Below the pieces are notes generated by a model. It searched no databases and had not been told where the DNA came from. It saw only the letters and a list, made by a program, of their open reading frames with translations. The position numbers and the translations under genes are program-made. From positions 16,368,001 through 16,432,000 of the forward strand of contig OX597835.1 in NCBI GenBank assembly GCA_951406725.2: a DNA stretch of 64,000 nt. The letters run 5' to 3'. This stretch comes from Octopus vulgaris. Its lineage: Eukaryota. The stretch's first letter is position 1, and every line of letters starts with the position of its first letter. Below are positions 54,711-64,000 of this stretch, piece by piece.

Positions 54711-55390
54711 ATTGTTAAAGAGGACAACAAATATTAAGGCAAGGCAAGCATCTCAAGTCATATACTTTATTATTATCCTTTTTTGACCAGGCTCCCGTTG
54801 GCTTTTATGGGTTTTTTCCACCAGGAACCTTTCGTAACACCTCCCCCTATTGGGAGTTTTTTGTTGTTAAACTGCTTTTTTTACTCAGATTTTACAAACG
54901 GACAAAACCCTTTGTAACCTTTCGTCCTGTTTTGTCCCTTTTTTGTTATAACTGATTTTTGTCAGCCCTTGTGGCCAATAAAAGAATTAATTATTATTAT
55001 TATTAGAAAAAAATTATTGAATGTTGCTATGTCTGAGTCTTTTTTCTGGATGTTTACAATATCAGGACTTTAACCCACATGGATTTACGCAGGATTGCAC
55101 CTAAGGACTTATAGACTTATTTCTACAAGATCAGAAAGTTGAACTGTGAACTTTTATGCTTTTTTTCTTCATCTCTTTATGCCTTTACTCCTGTCCTCTA
55201 TGTTGTCATTTCATTAATCTATACCCTTCTCATTTTCCATATTTGACTCTGATGACAGAATGTCCCCATACTCTGGGATGTCGCAGAAACAACTGTAAGA
55301 CTTTGAATTCTTTTACCTCCAATAATAATAATAATGTATATGTCTTGAGATGTTTGCCTTGCCTTAACATTTGTTGTCCTCTATAACAAT
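54711..55390. mobile_element. Penelope-like remnant with ~65-bp terminal inverted arms and an internal hammerhead
   Basis: attgttaaagaggacaacaaatattaaggcaaggcaagcatctcaag... (54711) is inversely repeated as ...cttgagatgtttgccttgccttaacatttgttgtcctctataacaat (to 55390). Confidence 0.6.
55245..55301 (+). ncRNA. Partly degenerate type I hammerhead
   Basis: gact-CTGATGA-...tgtccc..gggatgt..-GAAAC-aact-GTA-agac; stem I has a mismatch and the stem III palindrome is imperfect. Confidence 0.55.
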
Positions 55391-55427
55391 TTCATAAATG
55401 TACACACACAAACATGTGTATATATAT

Positions 55428-55724
55428 CACGTGATCACGTGACTGACCAGACCATCAGATGTTACTACACATCGCTGGTCACAATGCGTTCGCATTGTCT
55501 TTTTAGCCTTTGAATGACGCCACCCCGCAGGCTAAGTGAGCAGGCCAACAGAAGAAAGAGTGAGAGAAAGAGTACAGCAGGGATCACCACCCCCTGCCGG
55601 AGCCTCGTGGAGCTTTTAGGTGTTTTCGCTCAATAAACACTCACAACGCCCGGTCTGGGAATCGAAACCACTATCCTACAACCGCGAGTCCGCTGCCCTA
55701 ACCACTGGGCCATTGCGCCTCCAC
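55428..55724 (-). mobile_element. SINE family C'
   Basis: Matches 54382-54696. Confidence 0.8.
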
Positions 55725-55729
55725 AGTAT

Positions 55730-56451
55730 ATATATAATATAAATTGGACATGGGCGATCGTTGTATTCTTTCTTGTCTGGAGGTTCACAGCCAAACAGCT
55801 GGGTGGATTCGCATGAAAAATGGCACACATGTGCAGACGGGTACATACATTGGAATGCGATTAGTATTTTTTTCCTAGCCCCCATACTTACCGAGAAAAT
55901 CGATTAAAACTTTTTCTAATGGAATTCCCATTTGTTCCGCCATTAAAACAACCAGTTGCTCACACAGCTGGCATATACCATTTCGCTAGCAACAAGGGGA
56001 GTACAGGATGACAGTCAGCCAAAACTTTCGCTATGCCGTCTCTCTTCTCTCTCACATACACACGAGTAAGCATGCACGCATACACACACATATATACACA
56101 CATCCATTTCATATATCTTCTTTCAATTTCTGCTCTCTGCAAATAAAATTTTTACGGATACAACTGCTTACAAAAATAGGGATTAATGTATAATTTCTTT
56201 CTATGTTCATAATTAAATCAATGTTTTAGTGATTAGACAGAGGTCCAACGGAATAGCTCTCAGAGACAGACTACGTACAAATTCTTTCTTCACAACTCCT
56301 GAAGCTGTTTTCTGACAAGGGGGGAGGCTTCAATCAAAACAGGGGACCCAAAATGATAAGGTTGAGAAACGCTGTTATAGATTATGCCTAACCGAAAACA
56401 ATCACAGCCACATCATCCAAACAGACCGGGTGAAACCGGGCTTAGCTGCTA
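55730..56451 (+). mobile_element. Probable Helitron-like element (second family)
   Basis: 3' hairpin ccgggtgaaaccggg then gctgCTAG|T; 5' boundary uncertain. Confidence 0.5.
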
Positions 56452-57323
56452 GTATATATATATATATATAACGGGAAGGTTTACGAAAATAAACAAAAGA
56501 CGAAGGCAGGTGGAGTACAAACAAACAAATGTATTAGTATGGTGCTCAGGAAAGAAGGAAAGAAGGAGGGTTTAATGTTTTGAGCGGAGCTCTTCGTTGG
56601 AAACATAGGAGAAGGAAAGATCCAGAGAAGGGAAAACAGAGGGAAAAAAAAAAATCATCAACGGTACACACGCGGTGAAGTACATGCTACAAGTAGAAGT
56701 ACGTCCCACCCTGCTATATAGCAGGGCATAAGATCTAATCCCACCAGTCTGCATGTGAAGACATTAAATAATATAGCCAGTCAATAAAATATGGAATCAG
56801 CAAAGTTTCATTTGATAAAAAATAATAGATTGGTGCTCCATGTTTGGTTAAGCATGTGTGTGTGTGTGCTTTGGAACATGTCTGTCATCTCTATCAGCTA
56901 ACATGAAGCTAAGAAAATCCTAGGTACCACCATTTCGACACTGGTTTGCTTCCTTGATAAATTGATACACAGTTGATGAAGGTAGCTTGTTTTTTGATTA
57001 GATCGACTGCGTCAACCGTCAACATAGTCAAGTGAGGTTCAGTGAGAAAAGAAAAAAAAAAAAAAGAAAGGAAAACAAATCACACACATACACACACATA
57101 CAAAAAAAAAAAAACCATATTTGTTTGTGTTTGTTTTGTTTACAAAAACTGATGCTTCAGTAAGTAACCAGTTATGAAAACAGTTCCGAGACAGACAGAC
57201 TGACAGATACACAGACAGGCAGACAGTATACATTGGACAGAAAACAGCTGGAATGCTTCAGAGGAAATCTAATTAAGCCTTTGTAGAGTTGTGCTTCCAT
57301 TTTTACCTATAAAAAAATACGCA

Positions 57324-57381
<58 letters not shown>

Positions 57382-59071
57382 TGTGTAAACAAATCTAATA
57401 ACATAAATAGAGGAATACTTTTTTAAAGAAATTTGCCTAAAATAATATTTTTGTTACGGGGTATAAACTGTGCCATGGAGATTAATTGTTAATATAATTA
57501 GCATACATTATGTGATATTGATTTCTATTAACTAGGCACGAGGCCAGCCCTTAGCAGAGGAGGATATACATATATATACATACATATACATATATACATA
57601 CATATATACATATATATATATATGTATAGAGTAGATTGAATCAGCTCCTCAGCTACTGCTACCACCACCTGTACTGCTACTACTACTACTCCACCACTAA
57701 TATATTTTACTATATATATTTACTTTTTTTTTTTTTTTTTAATTGACAGCTAAAGAAGTGGATGGCTAAGTCTAACCTGGCTGGGATCTTGAACTCTAAA
57801 ACAAACACTTGCATGGTATTTGTTCTGAAGGTTATTTCTACTCTTCTGAGCTAGCAAATTGTGTATCATCTATTTCTCACTGCAATCTGTGTTCACATGA
57901 TCTGCTAGAAATACCAGCTAAAAAAAATCAACCTCATATCAAAACCTATCATCTTAAAAAGGAAGATCATGTTGGATAGATAATGTAGTTTAAGATATTT
58001 TCTTGGTGGTCATGGGTAGAATGCCTTTGGTCATAGGTATACTATATTAAGGCTAGCTTAGTGCTAAACACCCCAGCAGCAACCTCTCTCATCATCTAAT
58101 CAATCACCAAATACTTTCTCCCCCACCATCTGCCTCCCTCTGGAAACATCCCCATGACATCAACAATCAAAAGATCACACTGACCACACTAGATAAATAA
58201 TTGTTCCTGAAACGGGGTGGGACTATTTGTTTATATTGACCACAGTAATCGACTTTCTTTATTGATCTCAGAGGGAGGTAAGGCAAGTTTGACCTTGGTA
58301 GGATTTGAACTCAGAATGTAATAGGCTAAAACAAATACCACAAAGTATTTTGCCAATTTATCACCCCTTTACATCTACAACAGCTAATAATAATAATAAT
58401 AATAATAATAATTAATAATCCTTTCTACTATAGGCACAAGGCCTGAAAATTGTGGGTGGGTGATAGTCTATTACATCAAGCCCTGTACTCAACTGGTTCT
58501 TATTTTATCGACCCTGAAAAGACGAAAGGCAGAGTTGACTCTGATGGCATTTGAATTCAGAATGTGAAGTTAGAAGAAATGATGCAATGCAATTTTTCCA
58601 GCGCAGTAATGATTCTGCCAGCTCACCACCATGTACTATTACTACTACTACTACAAATAATAATAATTCTTTCTAATATAGGTAGAGGACCTGAAATTTT
58701 TGCAGAGGAGGCTAACTGACTGGATCGACCCCAGTGCTCAACTAGTACTTATTTTATCAACCTTGAAAAGATGAAAGGCAAAGCTGGCCTTGGTAGGATT
58801 TCAAATCAGAATGCAAAAATCCTGAACAAGACATTTCCCCCACCAATTTTCTGCCAATCCAGTGCCTTAATAACTGCAACATACAATAATTAAGATAATA
58901 AATTAGTATTTTGTTTAATTGTGGAAATCTACATTGTCAGACTCCCCGCTTCCCTTCCTGTACAAAATACAGGTTAACTCTTTTGTTGCCGTATTTTTGT
59001 TTAAGTATACTCGTTTTCATTCAATTAATTTTAAAACTAATGAAAAATTTAATAACAACTGTTCCAATTAA

Positions 59072-59292
59072 CCCTTTCATTTTCCAACCCGGCTGAAACC
59101 AGCTCTGGCCCTGAGTACAACTGTCTTGTTTTCATAAGTTGTGAATTAAAATCTTCCACCAAACCTTAGTCACAACTTATGTTCTTAACACTAGCTTAAT
59201 GATAACTAAGTTATTTTACTAAATTCTTTGATATATTTAAAGTAATTGAAAGAAACACAGAGCATCTTAATATAAATACAGTAATGAAAGGG
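59072..59292 (+). mobile_element. TTAA-MITE family B
   Basis: TTAA|CCCTTTCAT...ATGAAAGGG|TTAA. Confidence 0.8.
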
Positions 59293-59624
59293 TTAACCTG
59301 GTATTAAGAATATAAATTAACATGAAATTTTTCTGGAAGGTTTTAATTTAGATCATTAAAAACAAGAAGCTTGTATCACAGAACCTGGGGCAGTCTCAGG
59401 TGGACTGATATAAAAAAGGTTAAATTCAGTACACCTGGCCAATGATAGAGAGTCAAAGAATAATAGCCTACAGCAATTCCAAAGAACTCTTGTCACTCAC
59501 ATACAGACATTATCTATTGTCACCGACAAATTGATGTAATGAACCATTGTAATATATTTACCTAACTTTATTTGCAAAAAAAAAAAACCCATTGTACACA
59601 CACAATAGCTTGGAGGTTCACAGA

Positions 59625-60220
59625 GGAAATCCTGATTAGCCAAACAAACCTAAATATTGAGGTAGCAATATTCTGATTGGCTGATAAGCTTGTGACATAG
59701 CAAGTGATAATTATTCTGATTGGTCAACAGATTCCAATATTGCAGATGACAATTTTTTTGATTGACCAACATATTCAAATATTACAGGTGACAACAGTTC
59801 TGATTGGCCAATAGATTTCTATTGCAGGGATGTAACAATTCTTGTGATGGGGCAATAGATTTTGATATTGCAAGTTCCGAGTTTTTGATTGGTCAACAGA
59901 CCTAAATATTGCAGGTGACAATTTTTTTCTGATTGGTCAACAAATTTAAATATTACAGGTGGCAACTCTGATTGTCACCTGTAACATTTAAATTTGTTAG
60001 CCAGTGTTCTGACTGACCTACAAATTTAAATATTAAGGTGATAATGGTTCTTATTGGTCAACAAATCTCTGGTGCATGTAGATAGCAATTTTTCTGCTTG
60101 TTCAACAGATTTAAATGTTGCAGGTGACAATGGTTCTGATTGGCCAATAAATTCAAGTATTGCAGGTAACAATTTTTCTGATTGGCCAACAGATCTGAAC
60201 ATTGCAGGTGACAATTGTTC
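59625..60220. repeat. Degenerate ~40-bp tandem array with a ttctGATTGGycaacagat...attgcaggtgacaa core
   Basis: About 13 units, most containing (G)ATTGG; one unit is inverted at ~59970-60002. Confidence 0.8.
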
Positions 60221-60784
60221 TTACAATTCAAATGTAATTAGTCTTCATATATTTTATTTATTGAGACATATTGCTACTTCAAATATTCTTAGAATCCATG
60301 ATGACGATGACAACAATGATGATACTGGTGAGTGATGAGACACAACAATTCTAAAGCAATTTTTTTTATTATTATTATTATTTTACTTTTCAAAAGTGAC
60401 GAATAAGAATTAAAAAAATATAAAAATAACAAAACAAAAATGAAAAAGAAATACAAAAAAAAAGCAGAAAAAAAAAAGGAAAATGATAATGATTTTGTGA
60501 AATCACACTAAAGTCTTGGAGAGAATCAACAATAAATAGAATTGTGAATCAATTAGGTCTCTACCTTAACCAATTAGTTATTATCTGACTCTTTAATTAC
60601 ATCAAACAGGTAGGAAGTGACAAGATAACAATATTTACTATCAAACTCTATTAAAGCTTAATTAGTTAATTATTTCATTACTAATTGTATAAATGTTTTT
60701 CAAAATTTAGTGAGGATGACTAATGAAGCACTAGAATGTATTTTGTGTATGTGTGTGTGTGTATATATTACGTGTGTGTATGTG

Positions 60785-60823
<39 letters not shown>

Positions 60824-60976
60824 TATATATGTATTTATGCATGTATATATATATATATTCTATATATGTATTTATGCATGTATATATATATATATATATA
60901 TATGTATTCTATATATGTATTTATGCATGCATATATATATATATATATATTCTATATATGTATTTATGCATGCATA

Positions 60977-61020
<44 letters not shown>

Positions 61021-61518
61021 TGATGTGAATAAATAAGAATGTTTTACGGCAGGTGATAATTACGATGCTGATGATGATAATAACAGTTTCTTAATTAAAT
61101 ATGAATAAATAATTTCTTAATTAGATATGAAGCTTTAAAGTATAGGGAAGTGAGAATGAATTTAAAATACTTTAACAACAACAACAACAACGACAGCAGT
61201 TAAGTAAAGCTGTCAAAAGAATTGTTGCAAATGTAGGTACCTAAGTTCATTTAGTGATTTCATTAGAAGATATTTCGAAATTTATCAAACATTGAAAACT
61301 AAATTATTACACGTAGCTTCCACATGAACATGAAGCGATGATGCCTGCCAATTCTGTAGCATATATACATAGAAGTAGGTATGATTCTATAGTTCAGGTG
61401 GTTGTTTTGCAATACAGTAGCTTTAGGTTAAATTCTGTATATTCACACCCACATAGAATACATATACATACATATATACACACACACATACATACATACA
61501 TACATATATATATATATA

Positions 61519-61789
61519 TATTATATTAAATTAGAGACAAAACCACTATTAGGCAAATCAAACAATGAAAAACTTAAGCAATACATAAGATTATTTAATT
61601 TATATTATTTAAATATATAACAAAATTATTAAAAAATATAATTAATATCACACTACGATCGTTTCATGCCTGCTAACTTCTTCAAATTTTTGAGTCGCAG
61701 TCATTCATCAGGTGGTTTAAATATTTATCTTGGCGAGGTTTAAACAATGATTTGCCTAATAGTGGTTTTGTCTCTAATTTAATATAATA
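61519..61789. mobile_element. Penelope-like remnant with ~42-bp inverted arms enclosing a hammerhead
   Basis: tattatattaaattagagacaaaaccactattaggcaaatca (61519-61560) is the reverse complement of 61748-61789; TA-rich flanks. Confidence 0.65.
61651..61714 (-). ncRNA. Type I hammerhead ribozyme in an inverted-repeat Penelope-like fragment
   Basis: Minus strand: cac-CTGATGA-atgactgc...gcaggcat-GAAAC-gatc-GTA-gtg. Stem I cac/gtg, palindromic stem III acgatcgt. Confidence 0.8.
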
Positions 61790-61982
61790 TAATATTTTAC
61801 TACAAAATTAGATTCAATCCTAAATCTGATTTTTCCCTGTAAGTTTGGATTTATTCCCTAATATTTATTATTATTATTATATATATTTATTATTATATAT
61901 ATATATATATATATATATACAGCACAAAATCAGGAGGTGTAAGAGGTGAGTATAGATTTATTTTTCCATATCACTTCCATAA

Positions 61983-62137
61983 GATTACAGCCATTTCATA
62001 ACCTTCATCATATAGTAATTAACATCGGTATGCAAAATTATATGTAAACATTTACACCAATATATTTACTCAGCAGAATACAATACAATTGTATATTCAA
62101 AAATTGATACAAATATAGAAAGCTAATTCATCAGATC
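61983..62137 (-). ncRNA. Possible hammerhead with a very long stem II insertion (degenerate)
   Basis: Minus strand: gat-CTGATGA-attagctt...(~130 nt in total)...aaggttat-GAAAT-ggct-GTA-atc; stem I gat/atc. Confidence 0.4.
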
Positions 62138-62397
62138 ACTGAAAACATCATGATTACATCTGTAATATATATCTTATATATATATATATATCTACACACG
62201 TTTGTACTTGTAGAAACAGGAGAAAAACATTTGATAGACACAATAGAATTTATTCACTTGCTCACAAGGATACACACTTTCTCCCAATATATGATTCTTT
62301 AGATGAGAAAAAGTTCATTATTTGAAGGATTGCACACAGAAAGGGATACTAAGTCACAACAAAGTAACAAAAAGCTTCTAATATATGAATATATATA

Positions 62398-62626
62398 GGC
62401 GGCAAGCTGGCAGGATCGTTAGCACGCCAGGTGAAATGCTAAGCAGTATTTCGTTTGCAATTACGTTCTGGGTTCAAATTCTGCCAAGGTCGACCTTGCC
62501 TTTCATCCTTTCAGGGTTGATTAAATAAGTACCAGTTTCACTCTGGGGTCGATGTAATCAACAATCCCTTTGTCCTATCTTTGTTTGTCCCTTCTGTGTT
62601 TAGCCCCCTGGTGGGCAATAAATAAA
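62398..62626 (+). mobile_element. SINE family A
   Basis: ggcggcaagctggcaggatcgttagc...gttcaaattc...ggcaataaa. Older, diverged copies at ~24480-24905, 39490-39665, 49060-49270, 50592-50760 and 58230-58860. Confidence 0.8.
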
Positions 62627-62815
62627 TAAATGATCGCGGAGTGGACTACACTCGCGGAGTGGTTGGCGTTAGGAAGGGCATCCAGCTGTAGAAACTCTGC
62701 CAGATCAGACTGGAGCCTGGTGCAGCCCCTGGCTTCCCAGACCCCGGTCGAACCGTCCAACCCGTGCTAGCGCGGAAAACGGACGTTAAATGATGATGAT
62801 GATGATGATATATAC

Positions 62816-63031
62816 ACAACTTATAAATAAGGGCAAACGAAAACATTTCTAATGCCAAATATGCCGAAAATTGGATATATTGTCCATCATTATCATATAA
62901 ATTTTCACAATACGCAATCTACTTGAAGTAGCATGCGTATTGTAAAAAATTATATGGTAATGGACAATATGTCCAATTTTCAGCATATTTGGCATTAGAA
63001 ATTTTTTCGTTTGCCCTTATTTATAAGTTGT
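62816..63031. repeat. Near-perfect ~216-bp palindrome (foldback)
   Basis: acaacttataaataagggcaaacgaaaa...ctactt|g|aagtag...ttttcgtttgcccttatttataagttgt. Confidence 0.9.
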
Positions 63032-63110
63032 TTATAATTTTAACCTTTAAAGGTATTTTTTAATATGCTGGCCATTGATAAAATTTCTTTTCGAAAAAAT
63101 TTTATCCTAC

Positions 63111-63165
<55 letters not shown>

Positions 63166-63592
63166 CAAATAAGATGACAAAGAAAGAGTTTATCACATTT
63201 TTAATGACCAGTTGCGTGTGTGTGTGTCTGTGTGTAGTTTCTGCTGTATTTCCATTCTCTGCAGCAACTGAAATTCAAATACAATGGAATTCATTTTGAA
63301 TTTTAGCTGTATTAAAACATGGACAGCAATTAAGTGAAGTCAAAGCTTCAAATGAAAATGAATATGTACACAACACAAATATAAATGCAAAAACCTCAAA
63401 ATTATGTTAACTCATTACAGGGGGCCTACTGAAAGAGATGACATAGGTGGTTCAAAGTAAACTTCTTTTTTTTTTATCTAAGAGTTTCTAAATTCAATAT
63501 TCTGCATGCTATTATTTATATTTTTACCTACTCTGAATTTCACAATAAATTTTTTTTTAAATGATAATTTACTAAGTTAATTTAATTTAACA

Positions 63593-63818
63593 CAGTGGTT
63601 CTCAACAGGGGTCCGTATAAGATTTTGCTATTAAAGTTTATGAGCAATAAATAGGTTATACATCTGTAGTACACAAAATATCTAAATTATTTTTTATAAA
63701 ATTCCTAATAATATTCAATTATGAAAATAGAAATTTTTTTTTCAACATGGGGGTCCAGTAGAGTAAAATAAGAATTAAAGGGGTCCATAGGCAAAAAAAA
63801 AATGGTCGAGAACCACTG
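63593..63818. mobile_element. hAT-type MITE (related to the 41763 and ~29292-29990 copies)
   Basis: TIR cagtggttctc / gagaaccactg; internal ataagattttg shared with the copy at ~29316. Confidence 0.7.
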
Positions 63819-64000
63819 ATTTAGGGTTAGTGTAAGGGTTAAACAGATGGTGCACTGACGTTTGTTGGTGGTTTACAAGAAGTGTCCAAGGAAGAATATA
63901 TCTAATATTTTCTTGTAATTGATGTTAGGCCAACTTGATCACGACTGATATGATGTTAAACAACAAAGATATTCCATCCATGACCATTGCATCATTTTCC

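Noticed and set aside
62266-62304. Minus-strand CTAAAGA...GAAA..GTA hammerhead-like pattern
   Set aside because: Core mutated and stems I and II not convincing.

Overview
AT-rich, microsatellite-dense animal genomic DNA. The repeat landscape (tRNA-derived SINEs, (CA)n/(TA)n/(GAT)n tracts, TTAA-MITEs, RTE/CR1/Penelope fragments) is typical of a coleoid cephalopod, most likely Octopus; this assignment is inference. The only confident host coding sequence is one minus-strand exon of an inhibitor-of-apoptosis (IAP/BIRC) gene (exon 51886-52885, CDS 51886-52669), encoding one complete BIR domain and the first half of a second. I could not find the exon completing BIR2 in the remaining ~52 kb, so most of the window is probably intron. 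Nearly all other ORF-track entries are microsatellite or TE artefacts. Highlights: (1) several type I hammerhead ribozyme motifs in Penelope-like element fragments, with palindromic stem III and long stem II; (2) a hammerhead-like core in permuted, pseudoknotted order in the 3' UTR of a HERO-like restriction-endonuclease LINE; (3) a 158-bp target-site duplication around an RTE fragment; (4) several long inverted repeats; (5) a ~40-bp-period CCAAT-box array upstream of the IAP exon; (6) a templated insertion into a MITE; (7) minisatellites born from older repeats.
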